From a bacterium (GTDB lineage: Bacteria; Synergistota; GBS-1), in assembly GCA_030153785.1 (NCBI GenBank), contig JASKLF010000007.1, positions 31,899-95,898 of the forward strand: a DNA stretch of 64,000 nucleotides, read 5' to 3'. Position 1 is the first letter of the stretch. Each line of letters opens with the position of its first letter. Below the pieces are notes generated by a model, which was not told where the DNA came from, made no database searches, and saw nothing but the letters and a program-made list of their open reading frames with translations. Position numbers and translations under genes: made by a program. This document shows, one piece after another, positions 38,033 to 48,513 of the stretch.

Positions 38033-39541
38033 CTATTTATAAATGAGATAGTATCTGAAAATCTGTGTAGGCTCAAGAAGTATGCCTTTAACCTCCGGCT
38101 TGGCAACACAATACTGCTTTGCCTGCCATAACGGAATATAGGGAGCCTCTTCCGCTAAAAGTTTTTGAGCCTCCTCATAAACCTTGGCTCTCCCTTCTTC
38201 ATCCGATATCTGACGTGCCTTTAAAAGAAGCTCATCCATCTTGGGATTGGAATAGAAGCTTCCAAGGCTCGGACTACCTGAAGAGTGAACAAAGGGCCAC
38301 ATATAATCATCGGGGTCGAGGTAGTCAGGATACCAGCCGAGAAGGAAGAACCCCATTATTCCCTTCTCAAAATATTCCACGTAAGTTGCCCACTCAGCAT
38401 ATTTTATATCAACCCTTATTATCCCCGTTGCCTCAAGCATGAGCTTAAGCATTTGAGCGACATCGGCCTCCGTAGAACCATAGTGCGTTGGGGTATACCA
38501 GAGTTCTATCTCCAGAGGATTGGCCTCACTGTAACCGACCTTTTTCAAAATCTCTACAGCCTTTTCTCTACTCTGTTGTGGAAATACATCTACATGGCCC
38601 CACATCCCCATGGGAATCATACTATAAAGAGGCATAGCGGTATCCCTAAAAACCCTTTTGGTTATCATGGAACGATCTATCGCATAAGCTATTGCCCTTC
38701 TCACATCCACATTGTTAAAGGGCTCCTTTTTAGCATTAAATACTATGTATCTTATGACAGGACTTTCCCCCTCGTATACCCTCACCTTATCGCTCTTCTT
38801 AAGGTCTAATATGTCCTCGGGATTAAGGGTTCTGTAAGCCACATCAACCTCTCCCTTCTCCACAGCCATTCTTAAACTCTGGGCATTTTCATAAAACCTT
38901 ATAACCACCATCTTGCTCTTGGGAGGAGCTCCATACCAGTTAGGATTGGCTTCCAAAACGAGCTCTACATCCTTTGTCCACTTCTTTATCTTATAAGGAC
39001 CGATACCAATGCCAACATCGCTGAATTCTTTATCGTTATAAGAATTCGGGCTTACGGGAAAGGCAACCGTGAAGGCCAATACTGAAAGAAATGGCGCAAA
39101 GGGATACTTTAACCTTATCTTAACAGTATAGTCATCAACGACCTCAACCTTATCTATGACCTCGGTTAAAAGAAAGGCTGGGTCACCGTTTAGTTTAAAT
39201 ACCCTATCGATAGAAAACTTAACCGCCTTCGCATCGAAAACAGCACCATCGGCAAACTTAAGCCCTTTGCGAAGGTAAAAAGTATAGACCAAACCATCGG
39301 GGGTAACCTCCCATTTCTCCGCTAACGCGGGCACTATCTCTGAAGTTCCAGGTTTATAATCTACAAGGCCAGACATTATATTCTGAATAATGTTACAAGA
39401 AAGATAATCATAAGCATTAGCAGGGTCGAGAGTAACTATCTTATCGGTGGTTCCTATCACGATAAAATCCTTCTCCTGCGCAAAGGCATAACCGCAAAAA
39501 GCAAATACCATCAGGAAAACCGCAAGCAAAAGTCTCCTCAC
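38033..39541 (-). CDS. Peptide ABC transporter solute-binding protein (family 5)
   Basis: Signal peptide, LDPA, PALAEKWEV, LRKGLKFADG, GW.PDY.DPD. Confidence 0.92.
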   Translation of the reverse strand: MRRLLLAVFLMVFAFCGYAFAQEKDFIVIGTTDKIVTLDPANAYDYLSCNIIQNIMSGLVDYKPGTSEIVPALAEKWEVTPDGLVYTFYLRKGLKFADGAVFDAKAVKFSIDRVFKLNGDPAFLLTEVIDKVEVVDDYTVKIRLKYPFAPFLSVLAFTVAFPVSPNSYNDKEFSDVGIGIGPYKIKKWTKDVELVLEANPNWYGAPPKSKMVVIRFYENAQSLRMAVEKGEVDVAYRTLNPEDILDLKKSDKVRVYEGESPVIRYIVFNAKKEPFNNVDVRRAIAYAIDRSMITKRVFRDTAMPLYSMIPMGMWGHVDVFPQQSREKAVEILKKVGYSEANPLEIELWYTPTHYGSTEADVAQMLKLMLEATGIIRVDIKYAEWATYVEYFEKGIMGFFLLGWYPDYLDPDDYMWPFVHSSGSPSLGSFYSNPKMDELLLKARQISDEEGRAKVYEEAQKLLAEEAPYIPLWQAKQYCVAKPEVKGILLEPTQIFRYYLIYK

Positions 39542-39660
39542 AACAACTCACCTCCCCTTTCCATCGTATAACTTGACAACAGGCTAAAACATATTATATA
39601 TTAATCAGGGTAGCAAATCTATAAGCCCCTATCATATTCTTTCCAAATAACCTCACTAAA

Positions 39661-41817
39661 ATGAAATTGGACATCAGAAGAATAACTCCTAAAGCAGTTG
39701 AGCCTCTCACGGAAGTATTAAAAGAAGGAAACATCTTCATCGTCTCTTTGCCAACGGGAGAGATTCCAAAGGAAGGACTGAGCCATTTAGGGCTTTACTA
39801 TAACGATACCCGATACTTAAGTTGCTTAGAATTTTACATCTACGGACTAAAACCTATTTATCTTTCTTCTACCGTAAGAGAAAGCCACTTTGCACAAATA
39901 GAGCTAACTAACCCAAGTTTTTCTCTCCCGTCAGGTGAAGATGTTCATTTCCTTACCCTGCACTTCCGAATCTTAAGGGTAATAAAAGAGGCTTTTTATC
40001 AACGCTTACGGATAATCAACTTCAATCCCTTTCCTTTACATCTATCACTACACATACTCTTAGGAGCTGATTACAAAGACATTTTCGAAGTAAGGGGTTT
40101 AGAAAGGAAAGGAAAAGGAGAAATTTTAGAAACAAAGGTTAAGAAAAACAAAATAAGGTTTGCCTATAGAGGGTTAGACAACAAGACACGAACCACGCTG
40201 ATATCTTTGGAGCCATTTCCTAAGAAGATAAAAGTTGAACCGGGCTATGCTCTAATAGAATACAACCTGGCTCTGCCACCTCAAAGGAAAATCTACTTAC
40301 ACCTTCAAATAGACTTAGATAAAGAGACGTGGGACAATCCAGAAAGGATAAGCGTAAGCTTTAATGAAGCAACCGAAGCGCTTTCGCAAAAATATAGAGA
40401 ATGGAAGGAATCTTGCACCCAAATTTACACAGACAATACCACCTTAAATAATATGATTCAAACCGCGGTGACCGACTTAGCGGCTCTTCAAACCGAATAT
40501 CCAAAAGAGGGGAAAATACTGGCCGCAGGAATACCATGGTATGTAGCACCTTTTGGTAGAGACTCTTTGATAACTTCTTACCAGACGCTAATCCTTAATC
40601 CCAACATGGCGAAAGAAACTCTCCGATTCTTGGTTCGTTACCAAGGAAAGCGGATAGACCCATGGAAAGAAGAGAGGCCTGGCAAAATACTTCACGAACT
40701 ACGCCATGGGGAGATGGCTAACTGTGGGGAAATCCCACACAGTCCTTACTATGGTTCCATAGACTCCACGCTATGGTTTATTATCCTTCTTGGGGCTACC
40801 TACCGATGGACCATGGACAAGACGCTCTTGGAAGAGCTGATTGAGCCTCTCAAGCGGTGCTTGCGTTGGGCCTTTCGATATGGAGACTTAGATGGAGACG
40901 GTTACATAGAATACATAAGGGAATCTCCCCTCGGTCTTTTAAATCAGGGATGGAAGGATTCTTCAAATGCAGTAGTGGATAGGGAGGGGAAAATACCAGA
41001 AGGACCAATAGCTTTGGTAGAAGTCCAAGCTTACTATTACTTAGCTTTGCGCGAAGCAGCCTTTTTATTTAAAGAGCTTGGAAAAGAAAGAAGCTCCTCC
41101 AATCTCACTAAAAGAGCCAATAAACTCAAAGAGAAGTTCTTGAAAGACTTCTGGCTCGAAGAGGAAGGATATCTGATCTTCGCCTTAGATGGGAAAAAGG
41201 ATCCCATAAATACTCTCGTTTCCAACGGAGGGCATGCCCTTTTTACCGGAATTCTACCAAAAGAAGGGGCTAACCAAGTTATAAAGAGGCTAATGGAAGA
41301 AGACTTCTTCTCGGGATGGGGAATTAGAACGATGAGCAAAAATGAGAAACCTTATAACCCCATGAGTTATCACAATGGCTCTGTTTGGCCACATGACAAT
41401 TCCATAATAGCCTTGGGTATGAGGAGATACAACGCCCTTAAGGAGCTAAAAAGACTCTGCAAGGGATTATTCGAAGCAAGCAAGTTCTTTCCCTATAACC
41501 GACTTCCCGAGCTATTTTGCGGATTTACCCGTAGAGGCTCGGGAGGACCTGTATTTTATCCTACGGCATGCGACCCACAGGCGTGGGCAGTAGGGAGCCT
41601 ATTCCTTATCATACAAAGCCTTTTAGGTTTAGAAGTCAAAAACAACTCCATACATATAAAACAACCTTTACTCCCGCCAGAAACCAAAGAATTGGAAATT
41701 AGAAACCTTTCAGTAGGAGGAGCCTATGTCGATTTGGCCTTTGAAGAAAGGGAAGGGAAAATAACATGCCATTTAATAAAAAAGAAGGGGAACATTAAAG
41801 TAATAATAGAAGCCTGA
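39661..41817 (+). CDS. Amylo-alpha-1,6-glucosidase / glycogen-debranching-like (alpha/alpha)6 glycoside hydrolase
   Basis: GLYYNDTRYLS N-domain, AGIPWYVAPFGRD, NQGWKDS, YHNGSVWPHD, LPELF, PQAW. Confidence 0.85.
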   Translation: MKLDIRRITPKAVEPLTEVLKEGNIFIVSLPTGEIPKEGLSHLGLYYNDTRYLSCLEFYIYGLKPIYLSSTVRESHFAQIELTNPSFSLPSGEDVHFLTLHFRILRVIKEAFYQRLRIINFNPFPLHLSLHILLGADYKDIFEVRGLERKGKGEILETKVKKNKIRFAYRGLDNKTRTTLISLEPFPKKIKVEPGYALIEYNLALPPQRKIYLHLQIDLDKETWDNPERISVSFNEATEALSQKYREWKESCTQIYTDNTTLNNMIQTAVTDLAALQTEYPKEGKILAAGIPWYVAPFGRDSLITSYQTLILNPNMAKETLRFLVRYQGKRIDPWKEERPGKILHELRHGEMANCGEIPHSPYYGSIDSTLWFIILLGATYRWTMDKTLLEELIEPLKRCLRWAFRYGDLDGDGYIEYIRESPLGLLNQGWKDSSNAVVDREGKIPEGPIALVEVQAYYYLALREAAFLFKELGKERSSSNLTKRANKLKEKFLKDFWLEEEGYLIFALDGKKDPINTLVSNGGHALFTGILPKEGANQVIKRLMEEDFFSGWGIRTMSKNEKPYNPMSYHNGSVWPHDNSIIALGMRRYNALKELKRLCKGLFEASKFFPYNRLPELFCGFTRRGSGGPVFYPTACDPQAWAVGSLFLIIQSLLGLEVKNNSIHIKQPLLPPETKELEIRNLSVGGAYVDLAFEEREGKITCHLIKKKGNIKVIIEA

Positions 41818-41835
41818 GAAAGGAGGGGATAGAAC

Positions 41836-43032
41836 ATGAGAATAGCGATGATACACTGGGCATTTTTCCCAATAATCGGTGGAACCGAAACTCATCTTGC
41901 ACTCCTTTGCCCTGAGTTAGTAAAATTAGGGCATGATGTATCCCTCCTTACAGGTGCTGTTGATGGGACCCCTGAAAAAGAAGTCTGGAAGGGGGTTACA
42001 ATTAAACGGACACCCCTTTTAAACATTAACTCTTTGATAAATGAGAACATAGAAGAAAAATACGAAGAAATCCGGGAGACCTTTGAGGAGTTTCTTTCAG
42101 ACTTCCAGCCGGACATTGTCCACGCTCATAACATGCACTACTTCAGCTATACTCACGCCAAGGCCCTGCAGGAAATCTGCAAGAGCTACAATTGCCCCCT
42201 CGTACTCACAGCTCACAACGAATGGAAAGACGAATTATGGCAGAAAATATGCACTCTCTCCTCCAACTGGAACAGAATCATCGCCGTCAGCCATTACATA
42301 AGGCAAGAGCTCATCGTAAGTGGATACCCCGCTAACAGAACCCATGTGGTTTATCACGGAATAGATCTTGAAATGTTCCACCCTCCTAAACTTGCAGAAA
42401 TATACAGAATCCTAAAAGATTATCCAACGCTTAAAAACAGGCGTGTCATTTTCCACCCTGCACGCCTTAGACGTGGTAAAGGTTGCGACCTCAGCATCCG
42501 CGCAATGGATATCCTTCGCAGAGAGTTTCCAGATGCCATATTGGTTTTGGCTGGAAACACAAAAAACATTGTAGATACGGAAGGAAAGGGAGATACCGAA
42601 AGAGATTACATCTATAAGCTCATTGAGGAGTTAGAGCTTGAAGAGCATGTATACATATCGTCCTTCCACTGGTCGGAGATACCTAAAATTTACATGATCG
42701 CGGATGTCTGCATCTATCCCTCTACTTCCCAGGAGCCCTTTGGACTGGTTCTTTTAGAGTCCATGGCAACAGCTAAACCCATCATAGTAAGCAGGTCAGG
42801 GGGGATGACGGAAATCGTAAAGCCTGGCTTCAATGGCTTCGTGGTGGACCGAGGGGACTATGAAGGCCTGGCTCGATACATAAGCTTCTTGCTTAAAAAT
42901 CCTGAAATAGCAGAGGAAATAGGCCTTAACGGGCGCCAATATGTGGAGGAAAACTTCACGATCGAGGCTTTGATACAAAATACCCTTCAAGTTTACGAAT
43001 CTGCCCTTAAAGAAACTATCTCGGGAGCTTAA
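41836..43032 (+). CDS. GT4 family glycosyltransferase
   Basis: IGGTETH, HAHN, EPFGLVLLESMA (EX7E). Confidence 0.88.
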   Translation: MRIAMIHWAFFPIIGGTETHLALLCPELVKLGHDVSLLTGAVDGTPEKEVWKGVTIKRTPLLNINSLINENIEEKYEEIRETFEEFLSDFQPDIVHAHNMHYFSYTHAKALQEICKSYNCPLVLTAHNEWKDELWQKICTLSSNWNRIIAVSHYIRQELIVSGYPANRTHVVYHGIDLEMFHPPKLAEIYRILKDYPTLKNRRVIFHPARLRRGKGCDLSIRAMDILRREFPDAILVLAGNTKNIVDTEGKGDTERDYIYKLIEELELEEHVYISSFHWSEIPKIYMIADVCIYPSTSQEPFGLVLLESMATAKPIIVSRSGGMTEIVKPGFNGFVVDRGDYEGLARYISFLLKNPEIAEEIGLNGRQYVEENFTIEALIQNTLQVYESALKETISGA

Positions 43033-43042
43033 GGAATCCTTC

Positions 43043-43381
43043 CTACCTATACACCAAAGACACGCCCAACATTATCGCGACTATGCCAATGAGCTGTCTT
43101 AAAGTTATGGTTTCACCAAATAAAAGAAAGGAGAAAAAGACGACAATGGGGTATGTCAAACTTATCATAGGATAGGCTACGCTCAGGTCGGAAAGCTTTA
43201 AAACCAAGAGCCACAGGAAAGCGCCTAAAGCATAGCAAAGCAAACCCAATACCACCACATAGTTTTTAGCACAATCAAGCGCAAAGCTTAAAAGGGAATT
43301 CAAACCGCCCTTAAAGGCAATGCCTGAAACTCCGCCCTTAAGCAATACCTGCCCTAAGCTTGATAAAAACACCACCATCAA
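43043..43381 (-). CDS. SMR/EamA-type flippase subunit (ArnE/ArnF-like)
   Basis: GQVLLK, WLLVL, LSVAYP, LFGE; four TM helices. Confidence 0.8.
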   Translation of the reverse strand: MMVVFLSSLGQVLLKGGVSGIAFKGGLNSLLSFALDCAKNYVVVLGLLCYALGAFLWLLVLKLSDLSVAYPMISLTYPIVVFFSFLLFGETITLRQLIGIVAIMLGVSLVYR

Positions 43382-44688
43382 GATAAGAACAAGCCTGTTG
43401 AACTTTTATCCCTCCTCTCGAAAGCCAAAGAGGACAAAACTATGAGAGATAGCTCAAAGGGCACTCTGAACCTTGAATAGGCCTCTGGACCAGCAGAGAT
43501 GACTAAAAAATAAAGTATTATTATCACTAAAAGCCAGCACTCCGCCCTAAGGATGTTCTTCCAAAAGCCGAAAAGGGAAGCGATATACAAAAACAGAAAA
43601 TAAAAACCGAGCAATAGGTTAACCAGAAAGACAGTTCTATACTCGGCCCAGAGGGTAGCCAAAAACCTCAAAAATCCGAGCTCATACAGCTTATTGAGAA
43701 TTCCCGAACCCGGCTTATAAGCCTTAAAGGCCACAAGATAGTAAGCTCCACCGGAATCTGATAAAATTCCTAAAGCTCCGTTGAAAGAGGCTTTGATAGC
43801 TGAAAGGGGGTGAGAGAGAACTATCTTCAGTCCCATCTTCTTAGCCAATGCAAGCTTCTGAGCCTCGCTCATCCCACAAGATCGCTCTTCAACCTTCCTT
43901 TTCAACTCCTCTTGAATCTTCACCCAGCTTTCGCCAGTCTCAAACTGCAAGACATAGGCCGCTCTATAGAAAGCCATGCTGGCTCCAGAAATAGTAGAGA
44001 ACTCAAAAGCTCCTGTCTTCTCATAGTTTCTATAGCTCCAACCGAGAATAACAAGGTAACTAATTAAAAGAATTATTAAAGCCTCCTTAAAGCGCTTGAG
44101 AAAAAGAAAATACAAGAAAATCAAAGCGGGCAAAAACATGCCTATTGGCCTTATATACGCTTGAAATCCGGAAAGAAAAGAGGCCAAATAAAGATAAAGG
44201 GGGGAAGTGCCCTTCAAAACCTTAAGATAAAGGAGAATGAGAATCGCTATGGCGAAAGCGTAAAGCTCCTCAGTTAAAACATTAACCGTATATATTAAAA
44301 GAAGAGGGTCTAAGGCAACGAGATATGCCGAGAGCCTCCTCACCCTTAAAGAAGCGCCAAGCTCCTCCATTATCTTCCAGGCTAAAATAGGAAACAGAGC
44401 CCCTAAAATAACCTGAAGAACGATGACCGATTCAGCCCTATTCCCCAAAAGAAGATAAGATAACGCTATAAAAAGGGGATAACCAGGTGTCCTAACGGTT
44501 TCAGGCTCAAGGTCTGGATAGCTTCCTTTTGCAAAAACCCCGTGATTAAGAAGATTTTCTGCGGGATTAATATAGCTTGGACTATCAGGCTGAATCATGA
44601 AAGAGGGGTTATAAAAGGATATGTAAAAAAACAAGGCAAGTCTTAAAGCAAGAGCAATCACAATTGGAGGGAAGATATCTCTTCTCAT
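43378..44688 (-). CDS. GT-C membrane glycosyltransferase (ArnT/PMT-like)
   Basis: PDSPSY, RTPGYPLF, LTE, IRP, WSYRNY, RFRVP; multiple TM helices. Confidence 0.8.
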   Translation of the reverse strand: MRRDIFPPIVIALALRLALFFYISFYNPSFMIQPDSPSYINPAENLLNHGVFAKGSYPDLEPETVRTPGYPLFIALSYLLLGNRAESVIVLQVILGALFPILAWKIMEELGASLRVRRLSAYLVALDPLLLIYTVNVLTEELYAFAIAILILLYLKVLKGTSPLYLYLASFLSGFQAYIRPIGMFLPALIFLYFLFLKRFKEALIILLISYLVILGWSYRNYEKTGAFEFSTISGASMAFYRAAYVLQFETGESWVKIQEELKRKVEERSCGMSEAQKLALAKKMGLKIVLSHPLSAIKASFNGALGILSDSGGAYYLVAFKAYKPGSGILNKLYELGFLRFLATLWAEYRTVFLVNLLLGFYFLFLYIASLFGFWKNILRAECWLLVIIILYFLVISAGPEAYSRFRVPFELSLIVLSSLAFERRDKSSTGLFLS

Positions 44689-44893
44689 CTTCTATCTTCT
44701 CCCTTCACAGCAACAAGAACTTGGTTCATTCGTAATTCAAAATAATAATGCTCGCGCATCACGAAACCTCTCCCTTCCAATAAATCAACTATATCCCTCT
44801 TCGAATAGTATCTTTTATGGTCTTTATGTATTTTAAAACCTCCTTTGCCCTGAAATAAGCCAGCTTTTCATCAAAGAAGCCCCACCTTCCCAT
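44685..44893 (-). pseudogene. Internally deleted, frameshifted class I methyltransferase remnant
   Basis: N-terminal MGRWGFFDEKLAYFRAKEVLKYI joined out of frame to C-terminal DHKRYYSKRDIVDLLEGRGF..HYYFELRMNQVLVAVK. 209 nt (not a multiple of 3); its stop overlaps the GT-C start (ATGA). Confidence 0.6.
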
Positions 44894-44901
44894 GCCCCCG
44901 C

Positions 44902-45606
44902 TTACCCCCTTGGTCTCCAGAAGAGCTTGTATTTAACTATGCACCATATAGCTCTGAAGCCATCCTTCCATCCTATCTTCTTCCCTTCCTCGTAACTTCT
45001 TCCTATGTAAGGTATACCAACCTCGTAAAAACGACAGCGAAGCTTGGAAAACTTAACCGTAAGCTCTGGCTCTATACCAAACCTGTCTTCCTGAAGCTCA
45101 AACCTCTTTAAAAGCTCGCTTCTAAACACCTTATAGCACGTTTCCATGTCGGTCAGGCTCAGGTTACAAAAGAGGTTAGCCAAGAAGGTTAAAAATTTAT
45201 TAGCATAGTAATGAACGAAAGAGGTGACGATCCTCTCTCCCGTTGGTAAAAATCGCGAACCATAAACCACATCGGCTCTTCCCTCAAGTAAAGGCTTAAG
45301 AAGCTTAGGATAATCTTCGGGGTTATACTCTAAGTCGGCATCCTGAATTATAACGAAATCGCCCGTAACTTCCTTAAATCCGGTCCTCAGAGCAGCTCCC
45401 TTACCCTGGTTAACCCGATGGAAGACGATCTTGATAGAGGGGTCACTGGCATACTTCATTAATATATCTCTCGTCCCATCCTTTGAACAATCATCAACGA
45501 TTATGATTTCCTTCTCGAGGGGAATTTCCACGCTCTTGACCTTTTCAATAACCTTCTCTATGGTATCCCGCTCATTATAAACGGGAATTACTATGGAGAG
45601 CTTCAC
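44902..45606 (-). CDS. GT2 polyprenol-phosphate glycosyltransferase (DPM1/ArnC-like)
   Basis: [40 protein letters not shown]. Confidence 0.88.
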   Translation of the reverse strand: MKLSIVIPVYNERDTIEKVIEKVKSVEIPLEKEIIIVDDCSKDGTRDILMKYASDPSIKIVFHRVNQGKGAALRTGFKEVTGDFVIIQDADLEYNPEDYPKLLKPLLEGRADVVYGSRFLPTGERIVTSFVHYYANKFLTFLANLFCNLSLTDMETCYKVFRSELLKRFELQEDRFGIEPELTVKFSKLRCRFYEVGIPYIGRSYEEGKKIGWKDGFRAIWCIVKYKLFWRPRG

Positions 45607-46549
45607 CTTTCAATCTCTCCCTAAAGTATTCGATAGTCTTTAAAAGGCCCTCTTTTAAGGGAATGACCGGCTTCCAGCCGAGGGTTTCCATAGCCTTCGT
45701 TATATCGGGCCTTCTTCTCTTGGGGTCATCTTGAGGAAGGGGTCTATATACAATCCCCGAGTTAGAACCCGTAAGGTTAATTATAAGTTGAGCAAGCTCC
45801 TTAACGGTATACTCATCAGGATTTCCAAGGTTGAAAACCTCTCCCATTAGTCCTTCATAAGTAGCAAGCCTGTATATACCCTCTATAAGGTCATCTATGT
45901 AGCAAAAGCTCCTTGTCTGACTCCCATCTCCATAAACGGTCAACGGTTCTCCTCTTAAGGCTTGACAGATAAAGTTAGGGATAACCCTTCCATCATCAAG
46001 CCTCATTCGAGGACCGTAGGTGTTAAATATTCTTGCTATTCTAACATCTATTCCATGTTCCCTATAATAAGCCATGGCCATAGCCTCAGCAAAACGCTTT
46101 GCCTCATCATAAACGCTCCTTGGACCTATTGGATTAACCTTACCCCAATAATCCTCAGGCTGGGGATGGACTTCCGGGTCACCGTAAACCTCTGAAGTAG
46201 AAGCCAAAAGATAGCGAGACCCTTTCGCTTTAGCCAAGCCGAGGGTATTAAGCGTTCCCAAGGAATCCACCTTCATCGTATGTATAGGATGTTTAAGATA
46301 GTCCTGAGGGCTTGCAGGACATGCAAAGTGAAGGACTATATCTATTTCCTCCTTTATGTAAATAAAGTTGGTTACATCGTATCTTATAAACCTGAATCCT
46401 TCTACTTCAAAAAGATGAGCTATATTATCCAAAGAGCCCGTAAGAAGGCTGTCCAACGCTATTACCTTGAACCCCTCTTTTAAAAATCTCTCACAGAGAT
46501 GGCTACCTATAAAACCTGCTCCACCCGTTATAAGAACCGTCCCTCTCAT
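45575..46549 (-). CDS. uxs: UDP-glucuronate decarboxylase (UDP-xylose synthase)
   Basis: [54 protein letters not shown]. Confidence 0.88.
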   Translation of the reverse strand: MRGTVLITGGAGFIGSHLCERFLKEGFKVIALDSLLTGSLDNIAHLFEVEGFRFIRYDVTNFIYIKEEIDIVLHFACPASPQDYLKHPIHTMKVDSLGTLNTLGLAKAKGSRYLLASTSEVYGDPEVHPQPEDYWGKVNPIGPRSVYDEAKRFAEAMAMAYYREHGIDVRIARIFNTYGPRMRLDDGRVIPNFICQALRGEPLTVYGDGSQTRSFCYIDDLIEGIYRLATYEGLMGEVFNLGNPDEYTVKELAQLIINLTGSNSGIVYRPLPQDDPKRRRPDITKAMETLGWKPVIPLKEGLLKTIEYFRERLKGEALHSNSRL

Positions 46550-47871
46550 TCCACACAGCTCCTTCCCCTTCCCACAGGATAATATTCAAGGCCGAACTCT
46601 TGAACTTCCTCAGGCTCAAAGATGTTTCTACCATCAAAGATTAAAGGAGTTAAAAGAAGCTCCTTAACCCTCGCAAGGTCGGCCCTTTTAAATTCCTCCC
46701 ACTCTGTGAGAATAACCAGGGCATGCGCACCTTCCACGGCAGAGTAGGGATCCGTGAAATACCTAACCCTATCGGTTTCAGGGAATACCCTCTTAAAGTT
46801 ATTGATGGCTTTTGGATCGTAAAGCCTCAAAGATACTCCCTCAGACAGAAGAAGGGGGATCAGCCTTAAGGAAGGAGCCTCTCTTATATCGTCGGTGTCA
46901 GGTTTAAAGGATAACCCCCATATGGCTATTTCCTTATCCTTTAGAACCCACATAACGTCTTTTATCTTCTTGAGAAAGCGTTCAATCCGAAGCTCATTTA
47001 TCTTCTGAACCTCTTTAAGTAAGGAAAAGTCTACATGATGCTCCTCTGCGATCTTTATAAACGCCTTAAGGTCTTTCGGGAAACAGGAACCGCCATAACC
47101 TATGCCCGCTCCCAAAAAGGCCTCCCCTATCCTCCTATCTAAGCCCATGCCCTTTGCCACCCTTTTGACATCGGCACCAACGGCTTCACATAGATCCGCT
47201 ACCATGTTTATGAAGGATATCTTCATTGCCAGGAAGGAGTTTGAAGCGTGTTTGATTATCTCAGCGGTATTTATGTCCGTAACGAGTATGGGAGCATCTA
47301 TCTTGGCATATATATCCCTAAGTATTTTCTCTGCACGGTCACTCTCAACCCCTATAACTATTCTATCGGGATTAAAGAAGTCATTAAGGGCATTACCTTC
47401 CCTTAAAAACTCAGGGTTGGAAGCCACATCGTAGGATTTTCCCTTACCGCCGTAAAGTTCGATAGTTCTCTTTATCCACTGAGCCGTTTTAACGGGAACG
47501 GTGCTCTTCTCAACGATAAGCTTGTACTCATCTATGACACCCGCTATCCTTCTGGCTACCTCCTCAACCTGTGAGAGATCCGCACTTCCATCCTCCCGAG
47601 GGGGTGTGCCAACGCATATAAAAATTACTTGAGCCCATGCAGCGGACTCCCCAAGATCGTGAGTAAATCTGAGAGAGCCACAAGCCAATTTCTCTTTTAA
47701 TAGCTCCTCCAGTCCCGGTTCGTATATGGGTGATACCCCTTCTTTAAGCATCGCAAGTTTATCTTCATCTTTCTCAACGCAAACGACTTCGTGTCCAAGC
47801 TCGGCAAATCCACAGGCTGAAACTAAACCCACATAGCCTGCACCAACCACGGCAATTCTATAGGAAGACAA
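46546..47871 (-). CDS. ugd: UDP-glucose 6-dehydrogenase
   Basis: [39 protein letters not shown]. Confidence 0.93.
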   Translation of the reverse strand: MSSYRIAVVGAGYVGLVSACGFAELGHEVVCVEKDEDKLAMLKEGVSPIYEPGLEELLKEKLACGSLRFTHDLGESAAWAQVIFICVGTPPREDGSADLSQVEEVARRIAGVIDEYKLIVEKSTVPVKTAQWIKRTIELYGGKGKSYDVASNPEFLREGNALNDFFNPDRIVIGVESDRAEKILRDIYAKIDAPILVTDINTAEIIKHASNSFLAMKISFINMVADLCEAVGADVKRVAKGMGLDRRIGEAFLGAGIGYGGSCFPKDLKAFIKIAEEHHVDFSLLKEVQKINELRIERFLKKIKDVMWVLKDKEIAIWGLSFKPDTDDIREAPSLRLIPLLLSEGVSLRLYDPKAINNFKRVFPETDRVRYFTDPYSAVEGAHALVILTEWEEFKRADLARVKELLLTPLIFDGRNIFEPEEVQEFGLEYYPVGRGRSCVE

Positions 47872-47874
47872 AGT

Positions 47875-48513
47875 TTACACCTCCCTAACCTGAAAGAAAA
47901 TGGCTATCCCTCTTTTAACACCTATTCTAACGGTCGAAGAAGTAGGTTCGTTACTTAGACCTATTGGATGCTCAAAGGTCAGCCTTAAATCGGAGAGGGA
48001 CCATTTAAGCCCTTCCGAATAGGAAAACTCCACCTCCGGGGTTAACGGGAGAAGAGAAACTTTCTCTCCCCACACATCGATGGTAAACTCCCCTTCAGCG
48101 ACAAGCTGGGCTTCATAAAATTCATTTAAAAGCTTAGCCTTATATCCCTCGCTTAATGCCAGAAACAAAAGATGAACGTTTCCAAGTATATGGTCAAGCC
48201 TCGTCCCGATTCCTCCGATAATAAGGATCTCCGATGGGCCATACTTCATAGCCTCGATTAACGCCAGATGGGTATCGGTATAGTCTTTATCCTTTGGAAA
48301 CCTTTTTATCTCCACACCGGATTTTTCAAAATAGTCTAAGGCTTCCTTCGATATGGAGTCCATATCTCCTATAAGGATGGCGGGTCTTACCCTCCACCTG
48401 TAAAGGTAATCGCCACCGCCATCGGCACATATTAGCAAATCAGCTTTCCCTATGATTTTCCCATAAAAGCCTTCGTCCCTATAATCTCCGTTTGTAAAGA
48501 TAGCAACCTTCAT
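47875..48513 (-). CDS. thiN: Thiamine diphosphokinase
   Basis: CADGG, GDMDS, KDYTD, GTRLDH, GLSN. Confidence 0.92.
   Translation of the reverse strand: MKVAIFTNGDYRDEGFYGKIIGKADLLICADGGGDYLYRWRVRPAILIGDMDSISKEALDYFEKSGVEIKRFPKDKDYTDTHLALIEAMKYGPSEILIIGGIGTRLDHILGNVHLLFLALSEGYKAKLLNEFYEAQLVAEGEFTIDVWGEKVSLLPLTPEVEFSYSEGLKWSLSDLRLTFEHPIGLSNEPTSSTVRIGVKRGIAIFFQVREV

Noticed and set aside
43043..47871. Canonical arn (L-Ara4N) polymyxin-resistance operon
   Set aside because: No aminotransferase, formyltransferase or deformylase; the SDR is a monofunctional Uxs type.
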